A stretch of 64,000 nucleotides of DNA from an uncultured Phycisphaeraceae bacterium (lineage in GTDB: Bacteria; Planctomycetota; Phycisphaerae; UBA1845), in contig CAZGJA010000091.1 of NCBI GenBank assembly GCA_964526695.1, positions 82,036 through 146,035 of the forward strand. Direction: 5' to 3'. Shown piece after piece: positions 1 through 10,093 of the stretch. The notes under the pieces were generated by a model that saw only the letters and a list, made by a program, of their open reading frames with translations, was not told the DNA's origin and searched no databases. The stretch's first letter is position 1, and every line of letters starts with the position of its first letter. The position numbers were made by a program, and so were the translations under genes.

Positions 1-1145
1 TGGTCCTTGCCGATGAGCCGATAGCTGGTGACTGTCTTGAAGTCCGAGACGTTGCGGACGGCGCAGATGTTCCGCCAGGTGCGTTCGACGGAGAAGAAGC
101 CTTCGAGCAGGAACTTGTTCGACACGTTCGACAGGATCCCACCGATGTCGATGGTCGAGAACGCCGCCTGGATGTCGTGACCGAATGCCGCGCGGAGCAC
201 GCCGCGGCTATCGCGGAAGTTGCGCCCGGTGTAGCCGTTGGCCCATGCGGCCTCCAGCAGCAATTCCTGCAATCCAATTCCGCCACGGAACCGGCGGGAC
301 GCCGCATCGAGCGTCTTCTCCTCAAACAACTCTTCCGGCCTGGTCACCTTGCCGGTAAGCAAGCACGCGGCTTCGAGAACCTGGCCGCCGACGGCATTGT
401 CAATGACGTGGATCGCCGGCGCCTTGGGGCGCGACGCGCGGAGGACCTCCAGCTCGCATTTGTCCGTCGTCCAGCCTTCGGTGATGGCCTTCTCTTCAAG
501 GTCCGCGTGGCGCCCGGCGCAGATCCGGCGGATCGCGCCAATGCGCTGGGTCTCGGTCACCGCCTGAGCGCGCAATTCCGTGACCGGATTGACGGTCGGG
601 CCGGCATCCTTGCCGTTCCCGACCGTCGGCTCCGCATGCGTCGGCTCTGCCGTCTCCAGCGTCTGCGTGCCCTGAGCGTCATTCGTCTCGTCCATAACTT
701 CACTCTCCTCCGCTTGCTGCGCCGCGATAGCTATGGTGGTGTTGCCGTCGGCGCCGAGGTCCACGAAGCTGATCTCGCCCAGCACCGCCCGGCGCGCGAC
801 ATAGAGCGGGCCTTTGAAGGTCCTGCCGTTGACGGTGACAGACTTTCCGGCGCGGATGAACTCGGCCTGCGCGACCTGCGCGCCGATCGACGCCTGCCAC
901 GGGAAGCCGCGCTTGCCGCTGGCCACGACCTCGCGGGCCACGCCCGTGTCGCGCGATACGATGCCCTCGGCGATGAGTCTTCCGGCTTCCACGACGATGC
1001 GCTCGGTGTGCCCGACGCCGGCGTACATGCTGTGACCGAAGCGCACGGGCCGGCGCTGCGAGGGGATGGACAATCCTTCGAGATCGACCACGACGGGGAA
1101 GCGCCAGCCGTCCACGCGCATGGGCTCCCCCGTGTAAGCAATCAT
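1..1145 (-). CDS. Phage prohead protease fused to HK97-family major capsid protein. The gene is partial and runs off the window start.
   Basis: An unlisted minus-strand frame is open from ATG at 1145..1143 down to position 1. Its translation begins MIAYTGEPMRVDGWRFPVVVDLEGL...RFGHSMYAGVGH (HK97/S78 prohead-protease-like). It continues into ...GGILSNVSNKFLLEGFF...VRNVSDFKTVTSYRLIGKD, which is HK97 major-capsid-like. It lies directly downstream of the portal gene. Confidence 0.55.
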   Translation of the reverse strand, partial: MIAYTGEPMRVDGWRFPVVVDLEGLSIPSQRRPVRFGHSMYAGVGHTERIVVEAGRLIAEGIVSRDTGVAREVVASGKRGFPWQASIGAQVAQAEFIRAGKSVTVNGRTFKGPLYVARRAVLGEISFVDLGADGNTTIAIAAQQAEESEVMDETNDAQGTQTLETAEPTHAEPTVGNGKDAGPTVNPVTELRAQAVTETQRIGAIRRICAGRHADLEEKAITEGWTTDKCELEVLRASRPKAPAIHVIDNAVGGQVLEAACLLTGKVTRPEELFEEKTLDAASRRFRGGIGLQELLLEAAWANGYTGRNFRDSRGVLRAAFGHDIQAAFSTIDIGGILSNVSNKFLLEGFFSVERTWRNICAVRNVSDFKTVTSYRLIGKD

Positions 1146-1254
1146 GGAGAAGCGCGGGACCGCCTCGACACCGCCCTCGCCTGCGAGCGCCTCCAGCGTG
1201 ATGCTGTCGGCGCGGCAGCGCAGCTCCAGTCGATCAGGAATCGGTTCGCTGACT

Positions 1255-2805
1255 TCACGCGGCTTGTCGCGCGTCGGCGTCTTCCGTGACATCGCCTTCG
1301 TCCTCCGTGTCGTGGTTTGTCTCATCTTCCGTCGCTGGGCCCGTTGCCTGTTGCCTACTGCCTGTTGCCTGATCCAGTCCCAACTCGCGCATCAGCGCGA
1401 CCTCGCGCGCCCGCTGGCGCAGCTCGCTCTCCCAATCGAGTCCCGACTTGGCGAATTCTGCGGCCAGCGTCGTGGTGTTGCTGGCCAGCCGCGTGGCCTG
1501 CGCGTTGGCTTCCTTCTGCGGATCGACGTGCTCCAGCCCGTCCCAGAACCACTGGTGCGGGAACTCGAAGTCGAGCGTGCGGACGGATTGCGGCAGGTAA
1601 CCCTCGATCAAAACCGCCTCGTCGATCCACGCTTTGAGCACGCGGTCGAGAACGGCGTCACCGAGGTGCGCCTGATCGATGCGGATGGCCTTGAAGAACG
1701 CCTGGTGATCCAGGCGCCCGGAGGCGTAGTTGTAGCCCGAGGAATTGCCCGCGGCGATGTTGAACGGCATGTTCAGGCAGCGGGCGATCTCGTTGATCAC
1801 CTCGTGCTTGAAGTCGCCGTACATCGTGGTGGGCTGCTCGGCCTTGACCTGGCCGATCTTCCAGCCGTACGGCATGGTCATCCACGTGCCGCGGTCCATC
1901 TCCACCTGGTCCATCGGCTCGACGTTGGAAATCTCGGCATCCGCGGGCGCGTCGGTGTAGATCACGCCGCTGGGCAGCGCCGCCTGCTCGGCCGATCCGA
2001 GCACGGCCAGCGTGTATCTCCGCAGCATGGCGAACAGCGACAGCGAGCTGGTGATCTCGGGAATGCCGCGGGATTGGCCCGGGCGTTCCGCGCGGAACAG
2101 GTGGATCAATGCCGCGGCGGGCAGTATTTCGTACTCAAAGCTCCCGAATCGAGTCATGTGAACCTCGCCGGGATGCTTCTTGAGCACGTAGTACACGAGC
2201 GGATTGCCGAATTCGTCATACACGATGCCGTCCACGGCATGGGCGTGATTGCGTGCCGGGGACCAAGGCGTCGTGACCTGATCCGCTTCGATGAGTTTTA
2301 GATCAAGTTGAACCGGGGCTTCCAGACGTGGATTGGTGGACAACAGAATGAAGCACTCACCCGTCTCGCACTGTGCGACGCGCATCGTATGGAGCTTGCT
2401 TGCAAGACCCACGGCCTTCGCCCATCGCGAAAACTCTTTCTCGATGACGCGGTTGGCCTCGGGGTCATCCGTAAGCATCTGGAGCCGCGGTCCGGTACCG
2501 ACGACGTAATTGGCCAGCGTCAGCACGATGCCCTTGGCGTAGGAATTGTTCGCGACCTCGTAGCGCGCGCGGCTCCGCAGGATACGACGCACTTCCGGAT
2601 TCGCCGCGGCATCGGCCGAAAGGTTGTCGGCGTTCGCCCAGTGTCGCCGATTCTCCGGAGTCGTTTGCGCCGCGTCGTACTTCCCGCGGACGACGAGCGG
2701 TCGATACCGCGGACCGGGAGCGCTCGCGGTCAATCGCCTGCCGAGTTGTCGCAGCCACTTGAACATCGAAATGCGTCGCACAGGGTTCTGCTTGTCTCTG
2801 GCCAA
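1255..2805 (-). CDS. Phage portal protein, lambda gpB family
   Basis: 516-aa ORF. The motifs ANADNLSADAAANPEVRRILRSRARYEVANNSYAKGIV and the GTGPRLQ region are characteristic of lambda-family portals. It sits between the gpW-like gene and the protease-capsid gene. Confidence 0.8.
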   Translation of the reverse strand: MARDKQNPVRRISMFKWLRQLGRRLTASAPGPRYRPLVVRGKYDAAQTTPENRRHWANADNLSADAAANPEVRRILRSRARYEVANNSYAKGIVLTLANYVVGTGPRLQMLTDDPEANRVIEKEFSRWAKAVGLASKLHTMRVAQCETGECFILLSTNPRLEAPVQLDLKLIEADQVTTPWSPARNHAHAVDGIVYDEFGNPLVYYVLKKHPGEVHMTRFGSFEYEILPAAALIHLFRAERPGQSRGIPEITSSLSLFAMLRRYTLAVLGSAEQAALPSGVIYTDAPADAEISNVEPMDQVEMDRGTWMTMPYGWKIGQVKAEQPTTMYGDFKHEVINEIARCLNMPFNIAAGNSSGYNYASGRLDHQAFFKAIRIDQAHLGDAVLDRVLKAWIDEAVLIEGYLPQSVRTLDFEFPHQWFWDGLEHVDPQKEANAQATRLASNTTTLAAEFAKSGLDWESELRQRAREVALMRELGLDQATGSRQQATGPATEDETNHDTEDEGDVTEDADARQAA

Positions 2806-2837
2806 CCGTTAACAGCGAGCAGCCAGCAGCTCCTTTC

Positions 2838-3035
2838 CTACACCGCTCCCGGTGGAACGACCCTTGTCATCCGCACCCCCAGCCCCTTCTTCGCCGCCTC
2901 TTTCGAGGACAGGTACCGATCCGCCTCGATCTGCTCCGTCAGCGAATGCTGCTCCACGCTGCCCGAATCGCCCGAGGCCCGCTTCGGTCCCTGGGCATTT
3001 TCCTGAATGCTTTGCTGAAGATCGGTGTCCGACAT
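2838..3035 (-). CDS. gpW-like head-tail joining protein (65 aa)
   Basis: Small ORF immediately upstream of the portal on the same strand. Size and position match lambda W. The protein has clean composition, unlike the overlapping Arg-rich shadow ORFs. Confidence 0.4.
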   Translation of the reverse strand: MSDTDLQQSIQENAQGPKRASGDSGSVEQHSLTEQIEADRYLSSKEAAKKGLGVRMTRVVPPGAV

Positions 3036-3221
3036 GGCGTTGATTCCCGGCGGCGGCTACCGCCGCCCCGTTCGACCCCCGAGCAGCACCGTCATCGCAT
3101 CGAGCAGCGTCTTCATCGTCGCGATGAGTTGGCGAACGGCCCGCCGGGTGGCGCGCCAACCCGGCGGGACCAGCTCCTGCGTCCGAATCGTGATCTTGCT
3201 GACCGTCGAGTACGCCATGAT

Positions 3222-3602
3222 TCATGCGCCCTGCACGTCGCTGCAGGCCGCGGCGATCGACCACAAGCCGAACCCCGCAAACGGCAGCTCCACCGACCGC
3301 TCGGTGCCCGCGTCGTTTTCGGTCAGCGGCACGTGCTCGGCGATCACGCCCGGCAGCGCCAGGATTTCCTCCATCGTGGACAGCCCCTCGAACGGATCGA
3401 CGCCGTCGACAAAGGGCGCTGCGGCCAGGCTCAGCTTGGTGAGCCCCGTCAGCGGCGAGCCGTCGGCATCCTGCGTCGGCAGCTTTGTGCCCACGCGCAG
3501 TCGCGAGTTGGAGAGCTGCTCGATGCTCACGATCGACGGAGCGTCAGGCCCCGTCAGGTCCAATGCACTCAAGAATCCGCGTGCGATGCGTCCGTAGCCC
3601 AT
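3222..3602 (-). CDS. Hypothetical acidic phage protein (126 aa from internal ATG)
   Basis: ORF 3222..3641, with start more likely at M14 (cat at 3600..3602). Composition is protein-like. It lies upstream of the gpW-like gene. Confidence 0.3.
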   Translation of the reverse strand: MGYGRIARGFLSALDLTGPDAPSIVSIEQLSNSRLRVGTKLPTQDADGSPLTGLTKLSLAAAPFVDGVDPFEGLSTMEEILALPGVIAEHVPLTENDAGTERSVELPFAGFGLWSIAAACSDVQGA

Positions 3603-4195
3603 GGGTCCTTCCTTCCGTGAAAAAACCGTGAATTCCGCCACGCCAAGGCTTCCTGCCCGGCTGTCGAGAGCGGTTATAGACGTGGATTTCTCTGGACCAA
3701 GCCGAAACCCCGGATTTCAGAAAGATTCTTTGGATTGGGATTGCCGACGGCACCGTCGACGATTACGCGAAGGCGACGCCAAACAAAAAGGCCGCACGGG
3801 TTCATGGCCCCATGCGGCCTTGTTCGCTCGTTCGAGAGCCGGCAGGGATCAGCCGCCGACCGCTCGCCTCCGGGAAGTCACGGCGTGGTTGTCCTACCCG
3901 TTACTTACGCGAAGCAGGCACGATTTCAACGAAGATTCCACGGTTCGCGGTGATTTGTTCCACGGGTAGATACCGGGCTCCTCCTTTCGTAGGTACTTTC
4001 CCAGCTAGAATTGGGTCAGGCCCCCCGTTGAAAGCCCTACGGAACTTTCTCTTATTGCTCTTGAACGCCTGGGGAGGAGCTGTTACACTGTTGCTACGGG
4101 AGGGCGATCTTCCGGACCTCCGGCGGGCACCCGCAGCCTGAGACTCCGTGTCGAGGAGCTGTTGGGCATCCGAGGCTAATTCGAGGAGCCAACTC

Positions 4196-7100
4196 ATGTG
4201 CGCTTCTGGTCGACTCGCGATGTTCGTTCCGGCCGTCATCATCCTTGCCTCTTTCTCCAGCCGATCATCCGCCCAAGATTGCAATCTTAACGGCATTGAC
4301 GATGCCTGCGACATCTCCTGCGGGGACCAAGGCGGCCCGTGCGACGTGCCCGGCTGCGGCCTAAGCCAAGATTGCAACTCAAATGGAATTCCCGATGAGT
4401 GCGACCTCCTTGATGGAACGAGCGAAGACTGCAATCTTAACCTAGTTCCGGACGAATGCGATGTGACGGCCGATTTCCAAGGGATGTCCGATCCTGCTTC
4501 CGTTCCTCTAGGCACAACGCCGTTTTGGATCGACTCGGCCGATGTCGACGACGATCTTCGACCCGACCTAATTGCCGTACGTTCTGGAAGTCCTGGTAAG
4601 CTCATCGTTCTCAGAAACCTCGCCGATGGCTCGTTTTCTCGTTACGACTGGGATACTACAGACAATCTTGTTCGCGTTGCTGCTGGCGATATGAACGGTG
4701 ACGCTCACATCGACGTATTGACTCTCGGGACACAGCTTGCCATCCACCTCAACTATCAGAATGGAATGTTCGGCTCTCGATCCTACTACAGCGTTGGCGA
4801 CTCAGGATGGGGTGCGGTCTTGGCCGATCTTGATCGAGACCAAGACTTGGACATCGTTGTAACGGAAGCCCGCGCCGACAATCTCTACATCTTCCGAAAC
4901 GATGGTACCGGCGCATTCCCCAACCGCACCACCTACCGAGCTGGAAGGGCGGCTGACGTTTCAACGGCTGACATCGACCGAGACGGCGACATCGACATTG
5001 TCACAAGTGCAGTGGAAGTCCTGCTCAATCGGGGTGACGGTACATTCCAGGATCCACTTGCGCAAGGGACTCGCGGCAATGACCTCTTGCTGTCCGATCT
5101 GGATGGTGATGAGTATCCTGATTTAGTGATTCTTGACGGCGAAACAGATAGCTTCAAAGTACGTAGGAACAACCACGATGGAACATTCGCCGCTCCAGAA
5201 GACTATTCTGTAGGCGATTACCCTCGCCAGGTGCTTGGTACTGACATAGATAGCGATCATGATATTGATCTCTTTGTAATCGTCGGCGGATCAGAATCTT
5301 TCTCCGTGCTGCGCAATAGAGGTGACGGCGTTTTTGACTCCATCCTCACGCTCTACGCCTCCGGCGCGAGATGCGCAGTCTTGACGGACCTCGACATGGA
5401 TGCCGACTACGACTTGGCAGTCTCTGACGGGAGACGGGGCGCTGTTGCAATCTACACGAACCAAACTACACCACCGGCAAGCTTGGACTGCAATGTTAAC
5501 CGCATTCCCGACGAGTGCGACATCGACTCTGGCACCAGCGCCGATTGTAATACTAATCTCATTCCCGACGAGTGCGACATTGCGGGTGGACCAAGCCCAG
5601 ATTGCAATAGCAACGACGTTCCGGATGAATGTGATATTCAAGACGGCACTAGCAGGGACTGCAATCTCAATGGCATCCCAGACGACTGCATCAGCCTTGA
5701 GACCGACTGTAATGGCAACGGCACTCCAGATGAATGCGACGTCCTTGATGGAACAAGTGAAGACTGCAACATGAACTTGGTTCCAGATGAATGTGATGTG
5801 GCCGATGGCTTCAGTAACGATTGCAATAATAACAGAATCCCAGATGAATGTGATGTCAGTTGCGGTGCCAGTTGCGACTGCAACAGCAATCTGGTTCCCG
5901 ACGAATGTGACATTGTTGATGGGACCAGTCAGGATTGCAATGGCAATTTGCATCCCGACGAATGTGATATTGTAGATGGCACCAGTACGGATTGCGACGA
6001 CAATACAATTCCGGATGAATGCCAAGGCGTGGTTGACTGCAATGGGAATGGTATCCTGGATGCTTGCGATATCGAAACTGGGTCTAGTTCGGATTGCAAC
6101 CTGAACGGAATTCCTGACGAATGCATCGCTGAAGAGGGCGACTGCAATGGAAACAATGTGCCCGATGAATGTGATGTCCGCCCACCCCTTCCCTTCGCTG
6201 TGGGCCTATCGTTCTGGTTCCGCGCAGATTCGATCCAGGATCTTCATGATGGAGACTCTGTATCCCTGTGGAGCGATGACTCCAGGAATCACCTTGACAT
6301 AGGACAACAAGCACCTTCGCAGCGGCCGCGGTATATGCACGGTTCATTGGGAGGTTTGCCTAGCGTCCGATTCGACGGTGACGACCTGCTGTTCCGAGAG
6401 AATGTCCTTGGAAGCCTGATCACCTCTCAAAACGAGGCCACCGTCTTTTTCGTTGCGCGCCAGACAAGTAGCGACCCGCTGAATACACTTTTTGGTTGGG
6501 TTAGTTCCACAGACCGCTTCCTAGTGCATGCTACCGTGGACGATCAGATCAGCTTTCAACACGGCGACCCAAACAACGGCGGCAAGGCAGATTGGTCGCA
6601 ACCTCAAAACTGGGACGATACCATGCACATCGTCCAGCTGTGGCGCTCAGGTACCAGCGCAGAAGCGATCGTGGATGGCGTGCTCCTTGGGCCTCGCAGT
6701 ATGACTGATACTCCTCTCTTAGGGGAAGCGACTACGCTCTATCTTGGAAGTGATATCTTCTCGAACACGTTTACAGGAGACATAGGCGAGCTCATCGTTT
6801 ACAGTAGGGCTCTAACGAACGACGAGCGCTCGGACATTGCGGAATACCTTGAGGAGCGATTCTTGTCCGGACCGAACATGCAGGATTGCAACAATAATGG
6901 AATTCCTGATACATGCACATCGGAGAACGATTGCAATACGAACGGTCTCCCAGACGAGTGCGATATTTATGGCGGTACAAGCGAGGATTGCGATTCCAAT
7001 TATATTCCGGATGAATGCGAGCAGGACTGCAACGGAAACGGAATAGTGGACGAGTGCGATATCCGTGTACCGGAAATGGAGTTTGGCCATGAAGTCATGT

Positions 7101-9826
7101 TCGACATGCTCGTAAACGAGGAGTGGGCGGCGATCGATCATGCCGATTTGAACGGCGACATGCTAGACGATTTCATCGCCACGGAAGAGGGGAGCTCTGG
7201 ATCAAGCCTGTACGTCCTCTTGAATGACGGGACCGGGGGCACCTCTGCGCCGATGGGGTTTCCATTTGGGGGTACGGGTGGAGGTCGGCTCATCATCGCT
7301 ACGGGTGATTTGAATGGGGATTTCAGGACCGACATTGTTATACCGCATGGCACGAATAACGGCAGTTGCCAATTGTTTATCAACAGAGGCGTGGACGATG
7401 CAGGCATATGGCTGGGACTCGACTCTACGCAGATCAGCTCCGGGCGTCGGGAATACTTTACCTGGGTCGACATTGCTGATTTCAATGCGGATTCCAGAAT
7501 GGATCTGGCGCTGATTGATGAGAACGGCGGACATGCATGGGTCTTTCTGAACGATTTGAACGGGCTGTTCTCGGAACAGCGGGATTTTGCGGTCGGAAGC
7601 GGTGTGCCGCGCTGCCTAGCCGTGGGCGATTTTGATCATGATCAGCGCCCTGACCTAGCGGTCTCCTGGCACGAGAGCAGCAGCGGAGTCTCCGTTTTGA
7701 TTAACTTGGGAAACGACTCTTCTCAGCGCTGGTTGGGCTTCGCAGACAGGGTGAAGTACAACGTCGACCTCGCCCCCGGAATGATAATTGCCCAGGATCT
7801 GCACGGCGATGGGTGGCTCGATTTGATTACGCTTCACGGTGACCATGTTTATGTTCTGAAGAATCTCGGACTTGGTGACGGACGATTTGGTTCCCCACGC
7901 ACTTTTGGAACAGGGGGTCGGCGGTGCCTCTGGATCGGTTCCGAGGACCTAGACAGAGACGGGGACCATGATTTGGTATTTGCGGATCCGGGAGAGATAG
8001 ATCAATTCCCGTACGGGGCGCGGATTCTGTTGAACGACGGGTTGGCTTCTTTTGGCCCGAGTGAGCTCCTATCGACGAGCTATCGACCCTCCTGGGCAAC
8101 GCTTTCTGACTTCAATCACGATGGTATCCCTGATATCGCCGCGATAACGAATTACGGATCTCCAATTATCAGCTTGTTTCAGAATGAAACTGCTCCTCCC
8201 CCAACGAGCGACGACTGCAATGGCAATCACGTCCCCGACGAATGCGATATTTCGGGAGGGCCTTCGGAAGATTGCAACAGCAACGGCATACCTGACGAAT
8301 GCGACATCGCTGAAGGAACCAGTACTGACAGGAATGCCAATGGGATTCCGGACGAGTGCGAGGCCGACATCCGCGTTATCCCTATTGCCGTGACCAGTGA
8401 TCCTGCCGCAGGGTCTGAAACCCGGAGTTCAGAACCTATCGGCGCCAATAGCATCACGCGTGGGCAGCGGTACTGGATCGAGGTCTGGGCCACTGACAAG
8501 GGCGGCGACAACACCGGGCTGACCAGTGTGTATGTCGATGCCGCTTTTTGTTCGCAGACGCACGCGCTGGCCCTCTTCCACGGAACGATCTTCGATACCT
8601 TCCCCAGCGGCACCATTGTTCAGGGAGGCCTAGATGAATTTGGCGGTTCGGCATTGCCCAGCGGGGGCGGCATTGAACCCGAATGGGTCAGGGTGGGGTG
8701 GATCGAGATGCGACCGGACAATGAAACGGCTTCGTGCATGATTGAATTGCTGCCGAGTCAAACGGGGATAGGCGCGTTTGGGCGTGGGCTCATACCGTGG
8801 GAGTTTGTCGAGCTGGGTTCCTTGGACCTTGAGATCCTCGAACCGAGCATCACGTATGATCTTGATAACGACGGTACCGTGGGCGTCGGCGATCTAGGGG
8901 TCTTTGCTACTTCCTGGATGCAAACCGTACCCCCTGCCAACGCCGCGCACGACTTCGACTGCGATGGGTTCGTTGGTCCTGGTGACCTAAGCTGGTTCGC
9001 CACGGCTTGGCTCAAAGACGTTGATGATCCCACGATCCAGTATCCCCCGCCGTGCGGAGGCCCTATGCCCGATCCCCACCGGGGTGGGCCTGACGTGGCT
9101 GTTAGCTTGATTGCCCTCACCAATCCTTCAGCGAATGATTTGGTCAACACTCTGCCGGACTCGATCGGACACGTCAACATCGGGGATACCTACTTCGTCG
9201 AGCTGTGGGTCAGCGATGTGGGCGACATTAATACGGGGGTGACGTCTGCGTATCTTGATTTGCTGTACCCGAGCAGCTCGTCTACGGTGATTCAGCTCGT
9301 CCACAGCGATCTTTACAACCTCTTCGCCAGCGGCACGGTCATGGGCGACCTCTTGGACGAACTCGGAGGTTCCAGCCTTCCCGGGAACATTGGGATTGAG
9401 CCGCAATGGGCGCGGGTCGCTGTCATCGAAGTCCTCGCCACGAGCGAGAATCAGTCGGCAGAGTTCCTCACGGCCCCGAGCGACGCCGGGGTGGCCTGCT
9501 ACGGGCGCGGGCTTATTCCGTGGAGCAACATCACTCTAGGAAGTGTAAGTGTACAGCAGGGGGGAGTGGGCGTCGATTGTGGTTCTGTGGATACTTTGAA
9601 ACTGAAGTGCAAACAGAGCACGTTCAAGCTAAAGGCCGTGCTCCTCACGATTCTGCCTGAGGGTACCGTGGTTCATCTGACCCGAGACGATGTTGACACT
9701 AGAGAAGTCGTGATTGGTCGTCGTGGCAAGGGATCGACGAAGTGGAGCAACGTAGCACAGGGCGCACATACCGTCTGCATGGATGAATGCCCCAGCATCT
9801 GTGAAAGCCGTAGCTGTAATCCGTAG
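4196..9826 (+). CDS. Giant secreted multidomain surface protein (1876 aa). It has a signal peptide, two FG-GAP/VCBS beta-propeller regions, more than 30 Cys-containing EF-hand-like DCNxNGIPDECD repeats, a LamG/ConA-like jellyroll and dockerin-like repeats.
   Basis: GAGGAG RBS 8 nt before ATG at 4196. The N-terminus MCASGRLAMFVPAVIILASFSSRSSAQD is a Sec signal. FG-GAP motifs such as DLDRDQDLDIVV...IFRNDGTGAF are present. Tandem 12-mers DCNSNGIPDECD occur throughout. A LamG-like block (IVQLWRSG...GELIVYSRALTNDERSDIAEYL) is present. Dockerin-like pairs are DLDNDGTVGVGDLGVFATSW and DFDCDGFVGPGDLSWFATAW. Confidence 0.85.
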   Translation: MCASGRLAMFVPAVIILASFSSRSSAQDCNLNGIDDACDISCGDQGGPCDVPGCGLSQDCNSNGIPDECDLLDGTSEDCNLNLVPDECDVTADFQGMSDPASVPLGTTPFWIDSADVDDDLRPDLIAVRSGSPGKLIVLRNLADGSFSRYDWDTTDNLVRVAAGDMNGDAHIDVLTLGTQLAIHLNYQNGMFGSRSYYSVGDSGWGAVLADLDRDQDLDIVVTEARADNLYIFRNDGTGAFPNRTTYRAGRAADVSTADIDRDGDIDIVTSAVEVLLNRGDGTFQDPLAQGTRGNDLLLSDLDGDEYPDLVILDGETDSFKVRRNNHDGTFAAPEDYSVGDYPRQVLGTDIDSDHDIDLFVIVGGSESFSVLRNRGDGVFDSILTLYASGARCAVLTDLDMDADYDLAVSDGRRGAVAIYTNQTTPPASLDCNVNRIPDECDIDSGTSADCNTNLIPDECDIAGGPSPDCNSNDVPDECDIQDGTSRDCNLNGIPDDCISLETDCNGNGTPDECDVLDGTSEDCNMNLVPDECDVADGFSNDCNNNRIPDECDVSCGASCDCNSNLVPDECDIVDGTSQDCNGNLHPDECDIVDGTSTDCDDNTIPDECQGVVDCNGNGILDACDIETGSSSDCNLNGIPDECIAEEGDCNGNNVPDECDVRPPLPFAVGLSFWFRADSIQDLHDGDSVSLWSDDSRNHLDIGQQAPSQRPRYMHGSLGGLPSVRFDGDDLLFRENVLGSLITSQNEATVFFVARQTSSDPLNTLFGWVSSTDRFLVHATVDDQISFQHGDPNNGGKADWSQPQNWDDTMHIVQLWRSGTSAEAIVDGVLLGPRSMTDTPLLGEATTLYLGSDIFSNTFTGDIGELIVYSRALTNDERSDIAEYLEERFLSGPNMQDCNNNGIPDTCTSENDCNTNGLPDECDIYGGTSEDCDSNYIPDECEQDCNGNGIVDECDIRVPEMEFGHEVMFDMLVNEEWAAIDHADLNGDMLDDFIATEEGSSGSSLYVLLNDGTGGTSAPMGFPFGGTGGGRLIIATGDLNGDFRTDIVIPHGTNNGSCQLFINRGVDDAGIWLGLDSTQISSGRREYFTWVDIADFNADSRMDLALIDENGGHAWVFLNDLNGLFSEQRDFAVGSGVPRCLAVGDFDHDQRPDLAVSWHESSSGVSVLINLGNDSSQRWLGFADRVKYNVDLAPGMIIAQDLHGDGWLDLITLHGDHVYVLKNLGLGDGRFGSPRTFGTGGRRCLWIGSEDLDRDGDHDLVFADPGEIDQFPYGARILLNDGLASFGPSELLSTSYRPSWATLSDFNHDGIPDIAAITNYGSPIISLFQNETAPPPTSDDCNGNHVPDECDISGGPSEDCNSNGIPDECDIAEGTSTDRNANGIPDECEADIRVIPIAVTSDPAAGSETRSSEPIGANSITRGQRYWIEVWATDKGGDNTGLTSVYVDAAFCSQTHALALFHGTIFDTFPSGTIVQGGLDEFGGSALPSGGGIEPEWVRVGWIEMRPDNETASCMIELLPSQTGIGAFGRGLIPWEFVELGSLDLEILEPSITYDLDNDGTVGVGDLGVFATSWMQTVPPANAAHDFDCDGFVGPGDLSWFATAWLKDVDDPTIQYPPPCGGPMPDPHRGGPDVAVSLIALTNPSANDLVNTLPDSIGHVNIGDTYFVELWVSDVGDINTGVTSAYLDLLYPSSSSTVIQLVHSDLYNLFASGTVMGDLLDELGGSSLPGNIGIEPQWARVAVIEVLATSENQSAEFLTAPSDAGVACYGRGLIPWSNITLGSVSVQQGGVGVDCGSVDTLKLKCKQSTFKLKAVLLTILPEGTVVHLTRDDVDTREVVIGRRGKGSTKWSNVAQGAHTVCMDECPSICESRSCNP

Positions 9827-9907
9827 GTTCAGGGTGGGAGGCGTGCTTCAGGCCATTCCTGAGAATCGCCAAGGGAGTTGGCAATTGCTGGAGGCGAGCG
9901 TCTGCGT

Positions 9908-10093
9908 TCATCCTATGACGCGCTCAATCGTCGTGACTCGGCGCCCGCAGTTCCGACATTCCCTGCGCCGCACAATCCGCCCTCCCACTCCCGAACGCGT
10001 GTAGGTCACATGGAAGTGTCCGCATCCACACTTCGGGCAACGCGGCCCGCGCTCGTTCGCCTGATTCGTAACTCCTCGCAGGCCCTCTTTCAT
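9908..10093 (-). CDS. Ogr/Delta-like C4 zinc-finger protein (61 aa)
   Basis: MKEGLRGVTNQANERGPRCPKCGCGHFHVTYTRSGVGGRIVRRRECRNCGRRVTTIERV. This is a CxxC-x22-CxxC zinc ribbon resembling P2 Ogr. The ATG at 10093..10091 overlaps the terminase TGA at 10092..10090 (ATGA coupling). Confidence 0.5.
   Translation of the reverse strand: MKEGLRGVTNQANERGPRCPKCGCGHFHVTYTRSGVGGRIVRRRECRNCGRRVTTIERVIG

Noticed and set aside
177-1289. 370-aa plus-strand ORF and nested ORFs at 1..1300
   Set aside because: Arg-rich low-complexity translation. The opposite strand, in an unlisted frame open to the window edge, gives a clean HK97 protease-capsid sequence.
2809-3264. 151-aa minus-strand ORF overlapping the gpW-like gene
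   Set aside because: Gly/Ala/Arg low-complexity. The 65-aa gpW-like frame has far more protein-like composition and the right synteny.
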